This document shows, one piece after another, positions 26,901 through 39,718 of a stretch of DNA of 64,000 nt. The first letter of the stretch is position 1. Each line of letters begins with the position of its first letter. This DNA is from the human T2T-CHM13v2.0 reference genome, Homo sapiens. The stretch lies in NCBI RefSeq assembly GCF_009914755.1, contig NC_060938.1; one strand, 5' to 3'. Under the pieces are notes generated by a model. That model saw nothing but the letters and a program-made list of their open reading frames with translations. It ran no database searches and had not been told where the DNA came from. The position numbers and the translations under genes are program-made.

Positions 26901-29900
26901 TCTGTCAAAAGGAAGGTTCTTTTCTGTTAGGTGAGTGCATACGTCATAAAGGAGTTTCTGAGAATGTTTCTGTCTAGTGGTTATGGGAAGATATTTGCTT
27001 TTTCACCGTAGGCCTCAGAGCGCTCCAAATATCCACTTGCACATACTACAAAAAGAGTGCCTCAAAGCTGCTCTCTGAAACGGAATGTTCAACTCTATGA
27101 GTTGAATGCAAACATCGCAAAGACGTTTCTGAGAATGCTTCTGTCTAGATTTGATATGAAGATATTCCCGTTTCCAACGAAATCTTCAAATCTATCCAAA
27201 TGTCCACTTGCAGATTCAACAAAAAGTGTTTTTCAGAACTGCTCTATCAAAAGAAAGATCCACCTCTGTTAGCTGAGTTCACACATCACAAACAAGTTTA
27301 TGAGAATGCTTCTGTCTAGTTTTTATTTGAAGATATTTCCTTTCTCACCATAGAGCTGAAAGCTGTCCTAATGTTCACTTCCAGATACTACAGAAAGAGT
27401 GTTTCAAAACTGCTGTACGAAAGGGAATGTTCAACTCTGTGACTTGAATGCACACATCACAAAGAAGTTTCTGAGGATGCTGCTGTCTACTTTTTATACG
27501 TAATCCCGTTTCCAACGAAATCCTCCAAGCTATCCAAATATCCACTTGCAGATTCCACAGAAAGACTGTTTCAAAACTGCTCTGTCAATAGAAAGGTTCA
27601 ACTCTGTTAGCTGCATGCATATATCCCAAAGAAGATTCTGAGATTGCTTCTGTCTAGTTTTTATGGGAAGATATTTCCCTTTTCACCGTAGGCGTCAAGG
27701 CGCTCCAAATGTCCACTTCCAGATACTACAAAAAGAGTGTTTCAAACCTACTCTGTGAAAGGGAATATTCAACTCTGTGACTTGAATGCACATATCACAA
27801 GGAAGTTTCTGAGAATGCTTCTGTCGAGATTTTATATGAAGATATTCCCGTTTCCAACGAAATCCTGAAATCTATCCAAATATCCCCTTGCAGATTCTAC
27901 AAAAAGAGTGTTTCAAAACTGCTCTGTAAAAAGAAAGGTTCAACTCTGTTAGTTGAGTACACACATCACAAACAAGTTTCACACAATGCTTCTTTCTAGC
28001 TTGTAGGGGAAGATATTCCCTTTATCACCATGGGCCTCAAACCGTCCGATAAGTCCACTTCCATATACTACAAAAAGAGCGTTTCAAACCTGCTCTATGA
28101 AAGGCAATGTTCAACTCTGTGACTTGAATGCAGACATCACAGAGCAGTTTCTGAGAATGCTTCTGTCTAGATTTTATAGGAAGATATTCCCGTTTCCAAC
28201 GAAATCTTCACAGCTATCCAAATATCCACTTGCAGATTCTACAAAAAGAGTGTATCAAAACTGCTCTGTCAAAAGGAAGGTTCTTTTCTGTTAGGTGAGT
28301 GCATACGTCATAAAGGAGTTTCTGAGAATGTTTCTGTCTAGTGGTTATGGGAAGATATTTGCTTTTTCACCGTAGGCCTCAGAGCGCTCCAAATATCCAC
28401 TTGCACATACTACAAAAAGAGTGCCTCAAAGCTGCTCTCTGAAACGGAATGTTCAACTCTATGAGTTGAATGCAAACATCGCAAAGACGTTTCTGAGAAT
28501 GCTTCTGTCTACATTTGATATGAAGATATTCCCGTTTCCAACGAAATCTTCAAATCTATCCAAATGTCCACTTGCAGATTCAACAAAAAGTGTTTTTCAG
28601 AACTGCTCTATCAAAAGAAAGATCCACCTCTGTTAGCTGAGTTCACACATCACAAACAAGTTTATGAGAATGCTTCTGTCTAGTTTTTATTTGAAGATAT
28701 TTCCTTTCTCACCATAGAGCTGAAAGCTGTCCTAATGTTCACTTCCAGATACTACAGAAAGAGTATTTCAAAACTGCTGTACGAAAGGGAATGTTTAACT
28801 ATGTGACTTGAATGCACACATCACAAAGAAGTTTCTGAGGATGCTGCTGTCTACTTTTTATACGTAATCCCGTTTCCAACGAAATCCTCCAAGCTATCCA
28901 AATATCCACTTGCAGATTCCACAGAAAGACTGTTTCAAAACTGCTCTGTCAATAGAAAGGTTCAACTCTGTTAGCTGCGTGCATATATCCCAAAGAAGAT
29001 TCTGAGATTGCTTCTGTCTAGTTTTTATGGGAAGATATTTCCCTTTTCACCGTAGGTGTCAAGGCGCTCCAAATGTCCACTTCCAGATACTACAAAAAGA
29101 GTGTTTCAAACCTACTCTGTGAAAGGGAATATTCAACTCTGTGACTTGAATGCACATATCACAAAGAAGTTTCTGAGAATGCTTCTGTCGAGATTTTATA
29201 TGAAGATATTCCCGTTTCCAACGAAATGCTGAAATCTATCCAAATATCCCCTCGCAGATTCTACAAAAAGAGTGTTTCAAAACTGCTCTGTGAAAAGAAA
29301 GGTTCAACTCTGTTAGTTGAGTACACACATCACAAACAAGTTTCACAGAATGCTTCTTTCTAGCTTGTAGGGGAAGATATTCCCTTTATCACCATGGGCC
29401 TCCAACCGTCCGAAACATCCACTTCCATATACTACAAAAAGAGCGTTTCAAACCTGCTCTATGAAAGGCAATGTTCAACTCTGTGACTTGAATGCAGACA
29501 TCACAGAGCAGTTTCTGAGAATGCTTCTGTCTAGATTTTATAGGAAGATATTCCCGTTTCCAACGAAATCTTCACAGCTATCCAAATATCCACTTGCAGA
29601 TTCTACAAAAAGAGTGTATCAAAACTGCTCTGTCAAAAGGAAGGTTCTTCTCTGTTAGGTGAGTGCATACGTCATAAAGGAGTTTCTGAGAATGTTTCTG
29701 TCTAGTGGTTATGGGAAGATATTTGCTTTTTCACCGTAGGCCTCAGAGCGCTCCAAATATCCACTTGCACATACTACAAAAAGAGTGCCTCAAAGCTGCT
29801 CTCTGAAACGGAATGTTCAACTCTATGAGTTGAATGCAAACATCGCAAAGACGTTTCTGAGAATGCTTCTGTCTAGATTTGATATGAAGATATTCCCGTT

Positions 29901-30182
29901 TCCAACGAAATCTTCAAATCTATCCAAATGTCCACTTGCAGATTCAACAAAAAGTGTTTTTCAGAACTGCTCTATCAAAAGAAAGATCCACCTCTGTTAG
30001 CTGAGTTCACACATCACAAACAAGTTTATGAGAATGCTTCTGTCTAGTTTTTATTTGAAGATATTTCCTTTCTCACCATAGAGCTGAAAGCTGTCCTAAT
30101 GTTCACTTCCAGATACTACAGAAAGAGTGTTTCAAAACTGCTGTACGAAAGGGAATGTTCAACTCTGTGACTTGAATGCACA

Positions 30183-30858
30183 CATCACAAAGAAGTTTCT
30201 GAGGATGCTGCTGTCTACTTTTTATACGTAATCCCGTTTCCAACGAAATCCTCCAAGCTATCCAAATATCCACTTGCAGATTCCACAGAAAGACTGTTTC
30301 AAAACTGCTCTGTCAATAGAAAGGTTCAACTCTGCTAGCTGCGTGCATATATCCCAAAGAAGATTCTGAGATTGCTTCTGTCTAGTTTTTATGGGAAGAT
30401 ATTTCCCTTTTCACCGTAGGCGTCAAGGCGCTCCAAATGTCCACTTCCAGATACTACAAAAACAGTGTTTCAAACCTACTCTGTGAAAGGGAATATTCAA
30501 CTCTGTGACTTGAATGCACACATCACAAAGAAGTTTCTGAGGATGCTGCTGTCTACTTTTTATACGTAATCCCGTTTCCAACGAAATCCTCCAAGCTATC
30601 CAAATATCCACTTGCAGATTCCACAGAAAGACTGTTTCAAAACTGCTCTGTCAATAGAAAGGTTCAACTCTGTTAGCTGCATGCATATATCCCAAAGAAG
30701 ATTCTGAGATTGCTTCTGTCTAGTTTTTATGGGAAGATATTTCCCTTTTCACCGTAGGCGTCAGGGCGCTCCAAATGTCCACTTCCAGATACTACAAAAA
30801 GAGTGTTTCAAACCTACTCTGTGAAAGGGAATATTCAACTCTGTGACTTGAATGCACA
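30183..30858 (-). repeat. 2 x 338-bp dimer, 10-mer HOR variant copy 2 (unit 29461-31162)
   Basis: Hybrid junction gggaatattcaactctgtgacttgaatgcacacatcacaaagaagtttctgaggatg at ~30490-30545; interval 1702 bp. Confidence 0.95.
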
Positions 30859-33800
30859 TATCACAAGGAAGTTTCTGAGAATGCTTCTGTCGAGATTTTA
30901 TATGAAGATATTCCCGTTTCCAACGAAATCCTGAAATCTATCCAAATATCCCCTTGCAGATTCTACAAAAAGAGTGTTTCAAAACTGCTCTGTAAAAAGA
31001 AAGGTTCAACTCTGTTAGTTGAGTACACACATCACAAACAAGTTTCACACAATGCTTCTTTCTAGCTTGTAGGGGAAGATATTCCCTTTATCACCATGGG
31101 CCTCCAACCGTCCGAAACATCCACTTCCATATACTACAAAAAGAGCGTTTCAAACCTGCTCTATGAAAGGCAATGTTCAACTCTGTGACTTGAATGCAGA
31201 CATCACAGAGCAGTTTCTGAGAATGCTTCTGTCTAGATTTTATAGGAAGATATTCCCGTTTCCAACGAAATCTTCACAGCTATCCAAATATCCACTTGCA
31301 GATTCTACAAAAAGAGTGTATCAAAACTGCTCTGTCAAAAGGAAGGTTCTTTTCTGTTAGGTGAGTGCATACGTCATAAAGGAGTTTCTGAGAATGTTTC
31401 TGTCTAGTGGTTATGGGAAGATATTTGCTTTTTCACCGTAGGCCTCAGAGCGCTCCAAATATCCACTTGCACATACTACAAAAAGAGTGCCTCAAAGCTG
31501 CTCTCTGAAACGGAATGTTCAACTCTATGAGTTGAATGCAAACATCGCAAAGACGTTTCTGAGAATGCTTCTGTCTAGATTTGATATGAAGATATTCCCG
31601 TTTCCAACGAAATCTTCAAATCTATCCAAATGTCCACTTGCAGATTCAACAAAAAGTGTTTTTCAGAACTGCTCTATCAAAAGAAAGATCCACCTCTGTT
31701 AGCTGAGTTCACACATCACAAACAAGTTTATGAGAATGCTTCTGTCTAGTTTTTATTTGAAGATATTTCCTTTCTCACCATAGAGCTGAAAGCTGTCCTA
31801 ATGTTCACTTCCAGATACTACAGAAAGAGTGTTTCAAAACTGCTGTACGAAAGGGAATGTTCAACTCTGTGACTTGAATGCACACATCACAAAGAAGTTT
31901 CTGAGGATGCTGCTGTCTACTTTTTATACGTAATCCCGTTTCCAACGAAATCCTCCAAGCTATCCAAATATCCACTTGCAGATTCCACAGAAAGACTGTT
32001 TCAAAACTGCTCTGTCAATAGAAAGGTTCAACTCTGTTAGCTGCGTGCATATATCCCAAAGAAGATTCTGAGATTGCTTCTGTCTAGTTTTTATGGGAAG
32101 ATATTTCCCTTTTCACCGTAGGTGTCAAGGCGCTCCAAATGTCCACTTCCAGATACTACAAAAAGAGTGTTTCAAACCTACTCTGTGAAAGGGAATATTC
32201 AACTCTGTGACTTGAATGCACATATCACAAAGAAGTTTCTGAGAATGCTTCTGTCGAGATTTTATATGAAGATATTCCCGTTTCCAACGAAATGCTGAAA
32301 TCTATCCAAATATCCCCTCGCAGATTCTACAAAAAGAGTGTTTCAAAACTGCTCTGTGAAAAGAAAGGTTCAACTCTGTTAGTTGAGTACACACATCACA
32401 AACAAGTTTCACAGAATGCTTCTTTCTAGCTTGTAGGGGAAGATATTCCCTTTATCACCATGGGCCTCCAACCGTCCGAAACATCCACTTCCATATACTA
32501 CAAAAAGAGCGTTTCAAACCTGCTCTATGAAAGGCAATGTTCAACTCTGTGACTTGAATGCAGACATCACAGAGCAGTTTCTGAGAATGCTTCTGTCTAG
32601 ATTTTATAGGAAGATATTCCCGTTTCCAACGAAATCTTCACAGCTATCCAAATATCCACTTGCAGATTCTACAAAAAGAGTGTATCAAAACTGCTCTGTC
32701 AAAAGGAAGGTTCTTTTCTGTTAGGTGAGTGCATACGTCATAAAGGAGTTTCTGAGAATGTTTCTGTCTAGTGGTTATGGGAAGATATTTGCTTTTTCAC
32801 CGTAGGCCTCAGAGCGCTCCAAATATCCACTTGCACATACTACAAAAAGAGTGCCTCAAAGCTGCTCTCTGAAACGGAATGTTCAACTCTATGAGTTGAA
32901 TGCAAACATCGCAAAGACGTTTCTGAGAATGCTTCTGTCTAGATTTGATATGAAGATATTCCCGTTTCCAACGAAATCTTCAAATCTATCCAAATGTCCA
33001 CTTGCAGATTCAACAAAAAGTGTTTTTCAGAACTGCTCTATCAAAAGAAAGATCCACCTCTGTTAGCTGAGTTCACACATCACAAACAAGTTTATGAGAA
33101 TGCTTCTGTCTAGTTTTTATTTGAAGATATTTCCTTTCTCACCATAGAGCTGAAAGCTGTCCTAATGTTCACTTCCAGATACTACAGAAAGAGTGTTTCA
33201 AAACTGCTGTACGAAAGGGAATGTTCAACTCTGTGACTTGAATGCACACATCACAAAGAAGTTTCTGAGGATGCTGCTGTCTACTTTTTATACGTAATCC
33301 CGTTTCCAACGAAATCCTCCAAGCTATCCAAATATCCACTTGCAGATTCCACAGAAAGACTGTTTCAAAACTGCTCTGTCAATAGAAAGGTTCAACTCTG
33401 TTAGCTGCATGCATATATCCCAAAGAAGATTCTGAGATTGCTTCTGTCTAGTTTTTATGGGAAGATATTTCCCTTTTCACCGTAGGCGTCAAGGCGCTCC
33501 AAATGTCCACTTCCAGATACTACAAAAAGAGTGTTTCAAACCTACTCTGTGAAAGGGAATATTCAACTCTGTGACTTGAATGCACATATCACAAGGAAGT
33601 TTCTGAGAATGCTTCTGTCGAGATTTTATATGAAGATATTCCCGTTTCCAACGAAATGCTGAAATCTATCCAAATATCCCCTTGCAGATTCTACAAAAAG
33701 AGTGTTTCAAAACTGCTCTGTAAAAAGAAAGGTTCAACTCTGTTAGTTGAGTACACACATCACAAACAAGTTTCACACAATGCTTCTTTCTAGCTTGTAG

Positions 33801-34612
33801 GGGAAGATATTCCCTTTATCACCATGGGCCTCAAACCGTCCGATAAGTCCACTTCCATATACTACAAAAAGAGCGTTTCAAACCTGCTCTATGAAAGGCA
33901 ATGTTCAACTCTGTGACTTGAATGCAGACATCACAGAGCAGTTTCTGAGAATGCTTCTGTCTAGATTTTATAGGAAGATATTCCCGTTTCCAACGAAATC
34001 TTCACAGCTATCCAAATATCCACTTGCAGATTCTACAAAAAGAGTGTATCAAAACTGCTCTGTCAAAAGGAAGGTTCTTTTCTGTTAGGTGAGTGCATAC
34101 GTCATAAAGGAGTTTCTGAGAATGTTTCTGTCTAGTGGTTATGGGAAGATATTTGCTTTTTCACCGTAGGCCTCAGAGCGCTCCAAATATCCACTTGCAC
34201 ATACTACAAAAAGAGTGCCTCAAAGCTGCTCTCTGAAACGGAATGTTCAACTCTATGAGTTGAATGCAAACATCGCAAAGACGTTTCTGAGAATGCTTCT
34301 GTCTAGATTTGATATGAAGATATTCCCGTTTCCAACGAAATCTTCAAATCTATCCAAATGTCCACTTGCAGATTCAACAAAAAGTGTTTTTCAGAACTGC
34401 TCTATCAAAAGAAAGATCCACCTCTGTTAGCTGAGTTCACACATCACAAACAAGTTTATGAGAATGCTTCTGTCTAGTTTTTATTTGAAGATATTTCCTT
34501 TCTCACCATAGAGCTGAAAGCTGTCCTAATGTTCACTTCCAGATACTACAGAAAGAGTGTTTCAAAACTGCTGTACGAAAGGGAATGTTCAACTCTGTGA
34601 CTTGAATGCACA

Positions 34613-35288
34613 CATCACAAAGAAGTTTCTGAGGATGCTGCTGTCTACTTTTTATACGTAATCCCGTTTCCAACGAAATCCTCCAAGCTATCCAAATATC
34701 CACTTGCAGATTCCACAGAAAGACTGTTTCAAAACTGCTCTGTCAATAGAAAGGTTCAACTCTGCTAGCTGCGTGCATATATCCCAAAGAAGATTCTGAG
34801 ATTGCTTCTGTCTAGTTTTTATGGGAAGATATTTCCCTTTTCACCGTAGGCGTCAAGGCGCTCCAAATGTCCACTTCCAGATACTACAAAAAGAGTGTTT
34901 CAAACCTACTCTGTGAAAGGGAATATTCAACTCTGTGACTTGAATGCACACATCACAAAGAAGTTTCTGAGGATGCTGCTGTCTACTTTTTATACGTAAT
35001 CCCGTTTCCAACGAAATCCTCCAAGCTATCCAAATATCCACTTGCAGATTCCACAGAAAGACTGTTTCAAAACTGCTCTGTCAATAGAAAGGTTCAACTC
35101 TGTTAGCTGCATGCATATATCCCAAAGAAGATTCTGAGATTGCTTCTGTCTAGTTTTTATGGGAAGATATTTCCCTTTTCACCGTAGGCGTCAGGGCGCT
35201 CCAAATGTCCACTTCCAGATACTACAAAAAGAGTGTTTCAAACCTACTCTGTGAAAGGGAATATTCAACTCTGTGACTTGAATGCACA
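34613..35288 (-). repeat. 2 x 338-bp dimer, 10-mer HOR variant copy 3 (unit 33891-35592)
   Basis: Same hybrid junction at ~34920-34975; interval 1702 bp. Confidence 0.95.
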
Positions 35289-38200
35289 TATCACAAGGAA
35301 GTTTCTGAGAATGCTTCTGTCGAGATTTTATATGAAGATATTCCCGTTTCCAACGAAATCCTGAAATCTATCCAAATATCCCCTTGCAGATTCTACAAAA
35401 AGAGTGTTTCAAAACTGCTCTGTAAAAAGAAAGGTTCAACTCTGTTAGTTGAGTACACACATCACAAACAAGTTTCACACAATGCTTCTTTCTAGCTTGT
35501 AGGGGAAGATATACCCTTTATCACCATGGGCCTCAAACCGTCCGAAAAGTCCACTTCCATATACTACAAAAAGAGCGTTTCAAACCTGCTCTATGAAAGG
35601 CAATGTTCAACTCTGTGACTTGAATGCAGACATCACAGAGCAGTTTCTGAGAATGCTTCTGTCTAGATTTTATAGGAAGATATTCCCGTTTCCAACGAAA
35701 TCTTCACAGCTATCCAAATATCCACTTGCAGATTCTACAAAAAGAGTGTATCAAAACTGCTCTGTCAAAAGGAAGGTTCCTTTCTGTTAGGTGAGTGCAT
35801 ACGTCATAAAGGAGTTTCTGAGAATGTTTCTGTCTAGTGGTTATGGGAAGATATTTGCTTTTTCACCGTAGGCCTCAGAGCGCTCCAAATATCCACTTGC
35901 ACATATTACAAAAAGAGTGCCTCAAAGCTGCTCTCTGAAACGGAATGTTCAACTCTATGAGTTGAATGCAAACATCGCAAAGACGTTTCTGAGAATGCTT
36001 CTGTCTAGATTTGATATGAAGATATTCCCGTTTCCAACGAAATCTTCAAATCTATCCAAATGTCCACTTGCAGATTCAACAAAAAGTGTTTTTCAGAACT
36101 GCTCTATCAAAAGAAAGATCCACCTCTGTTAGCTGAGTTCACACATCACAAACAAGTTTATGAGAATGCTTCTGTCTAGTTTTTATTTGAAGATATTTCC
36201 TTTCTCACCATAGAGCTGAAAGCTGTCCTAATGTTCACTTCCAGATACTACAGAAAGAGTGTTTCAAAACTGTTGTACGAAAGGGAATGTTCAACTATGT
36301 GACTTGAATGCACACATCACAAAGAAGTTTCTGAGGATGCTGCTGTCTACTTTTTATACGTAATCCCGTTTCCAACGAAATCCTCCAAGCTATCCAAATA
36401 TCCACTTGCAGATTCCACAGAAAGACTGTTTCAAAACTGCTCTGTCAATAGAAAGGTTCAACTCTGTTAGCTGCGTGCATATATCCCAAAGAAGATTCTG
36501 AGATTGCTTCTGTCTAGTTTTTATGGGAAGATATTTCCCTTTTCACCGTAGGTGTCAAGGCGCTCCAAATGTCCACTTCCAGATACTACAAAAAGAGTGT
36601 TTCAAACCTACTCTGTGAAAGGGAATATTCAACTCTGTGACTTGAATGCACATATCACAAAGAAGTTTCTGAGAATGCTTCTGTCGAGATTTTATATGAA
36701 GATATTCCCGTTTCCAACGAAATGCTGAAATCTATCCAAATATCCCCTCGCAGATTCTACAAAAAGAGTGTTTCAATACTGCTCTGTGAAAAGAAAGGTT
36801 CAACTCTGTTAGTTGAGTACACACATCACAAACAAGTTTCACACAATGCTTCTTTCTAGCTTGTAGGGGAAGATATTCCCTTTATCACCATGGGCCTCCA
36901 ACCGTCCGAAACATCCACTTCCATATACTACAAAAAGAGCGTTTCAAACCTGCTCTATGAAAGGCAATGTTCAACTCTGTGACTTGAATGCAGACATCAC
37001 AGAGCAGTTTCTGAGAATGCTTCTGTCTAGATTTTATAGGAAGATATTCCCGTTTCCAACGAAATCTTCACAGCTATCCAAATATCCACTTGCAGATTCT
37101 ACAAAAAGAGTGTATCAAAACTGCTCTGTCAAAAGGAAGGTTCTTCTCTGTTAGGTGAGTGCATACGTCATAAAGGAGTTTCTGAGAATGTTTCTGTCTA
37201 GTGGTTATGGGAAGATATTTGCTTTTTCACCGTAGGCCTCAGAGCGCTCCAAATATCCACTTGCACATACTACAAAAAGAGTGCTTCAAAGCTGCTCTCT
37301 GAAACGGAATGTTCAACTCTATGAGTTGAATGCAAACATCACAAAGACGTTTCTGAGAATGCTTCTGTCTAGATTTGATATGAAGATATTCCCGTTTCCA
37401 ACGAAATCTTCAAATCTATCCAAATGTCCACTTGCAGATTCAACAAAAAGTGTTTTTCAGAACTGCTCTATCAAAAGAAAGATCCACCTCTGTTAGCTGA
37501 GTTCACACATCACAAACAAGTTTATGAGAATGCTTCTGTCTAGTTTTTATTTGAAGATATTTCCTTTCTCACCATAGAGCTGAAAGCTGTCCTAATGTTC
37601 ACTTCCAGATACTACAGAAAGAGTGTTTCAAAACTGCTGTACGAAAGGGAATGTTCAACTCTGTGACTTGAATGCACACATCACAAAGAAGTTTCTGAGG
37701 ATGCTGCTGTCTACTTTTTATACTTAATCCCGTTTCCAACGAAATCCTCCAAGCTATCCAAATATCCACTTGCAGATTCCACAGAAAGACTGTTTCAAAA
37801 CTGCTCTGTCAATAGAAAGGTTCAACTCTGTTAGCTGCATGCATATATCCCAAAGAAGATTCTGAGATTGCTTCTGTCTAGTTTTTATGGGAAGATATTT
37901 CCCTTTTCACCGTAGGCGTCAAGGCGCTCCAAATGTCCACTTCCAGATACTACAAAAAGAGTGTTTCAAACCTACTCTGTGAAAGGGAATATTCAACTCT
38001 GTGACTTGAATGCACATATCACAAGGAAGTTTCTGAGAATGCTTCTGTCGAGATTTTATATGAAGATATTCCCGTTTCCAACGAAATCCTGAAATCTATC
38101 CAAATATCCCCTTGCAGATTCTACAAAAAGAGTGTTTCAAAACTGCTCTGTAAAAAGAAAGGTTCAACTCTGTTAGTTGAGTACACACATCACAAACAAG

Positions 38201-39042
38201 TTTCACACAATGCTTCTTTCTAGCTTGTAGGGGAAGATATTCCCTTTATCACCATGGGCCTCAAACCGTCCGATAAGTCCACTTCCATATACTACAAAAA
38301 GAGCGTTTCAAACCTGCTCTATGAAAGGCAATGTTCAACTCTGTGACTTGAATGCAGACATCACAGAGCAGTTTCTGAGAATGCTTCTGTCTAGATTTTA
38401 TAGGAAGATATTCCCGTTTCCAACGAAATCTTCACAGCTATCCAAATATCCACTTGCAGATTCTACAAAAAGAGTGTATCAAAACTGCTCTGTCAAAAGG
38501 AAGGTTCTTTTCTGTTAGGTGAGTGCATACGTCATAAAGGAGTTTCTGAGAATGTTTCTGTCTAGTGGTTATGGGAAGATATTTGCTTTTTCACCGTAGG
38601 CCTCAGAGCGCTCCAAATATCCACTTGCACATACTACAAAAAGAGTGCCTCAAAGCTGCTCTCTGAAACGGAATGTTCAACTCTATGAGTTGAATGCAAA
38701 CATCGCAAAGACGTTTCTGAGAATGCTTCTGTCTAGATTTGATATGAAGATATTCCCGTTTCCAACGAAATCTTCAAATCTATCCAAATGTCCACTTGCA
38801 GATTCAACAAAAAGTGTTTTTCAGAACTGCTCTATCAAAAGAAAGATCCACCTCTGTTAGCTGAGTTCACACAACACAAACAAGTTTATGAGAATGCTTC
38901 TGTCTAGTTTTTATTTGAAGATATTTCCTTTCTCACCATAGAGCTGAAAGCTGTCCTAATGTTCACTTCCAGATACTACAGAAAGAGTGTTTCAAAACTG
39001 CTGTACGAAAGGGAATGTTCAACTCTGTGACTTGAATGCACA

Positions 39043-39718
39043 CATCACAAAGAAGTTTCTGAGGATGCTGCTGTCTACTTTTTATACGTAATCCCGTTTC
39101 CAACGAAATCCTCCAAGCTATCCAAATATCCACTTGCAGATTCCACAGAAAGACTGTTTCAAAACTGCTCTGTCAATAGAAAGGTTCAACTCTGTTAGCT
39201 GCGTGCATATATCCCAAAGAAGATTCTGAGATTGCTTCTGTCTAGTTTTTATGGGAAGATATTTCCCTCTTCACCGTAGGTGTCAAGGCGCTCCAAATGT
39301 CCACTTCCAGATACTACAAAAAGAGTGTTTCAAACCTACTCTGTGAAAGGGAATATTCAACTCTGTGACTTGAATGCACACATCACAAAGAAGTTTCTGA
39401 GGATGCTGCTGTCTACTTTTTATACGTAATCCCGTTTCCAACGAAATCCTCCAAGCTATCCAAATATCCACTTGCAGATTCCACAGAAAGACTGTTTCAA
39501 AACTGCTCTGTCAATAGAAAGGTTCAACTCTGTTAGCTGCATGCATATATCCCAAAGAAGATTCTGAGATTGCTTCTGTCTAGTTTTTATGGGAAGATAT
39601 TTCCCTTTTCACCGTAGGCGTCAAGGCGCTCCAAATGTCCACTTCCAGATACTACAAAAAGAGTGTTTCAAACCTACTCTGTGAAAGGGAATATTCAACT
39701 CTGTGACTGGAATGCACA
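39043..39718 (-). repeat. 2 x 338-bp dimer, 10-mer HOR variant copy 4 (unit 38321-40022)
   Basis: Same hybrid junction at ~39350-39405; interval 1702 bp. Confidence 0.95.
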
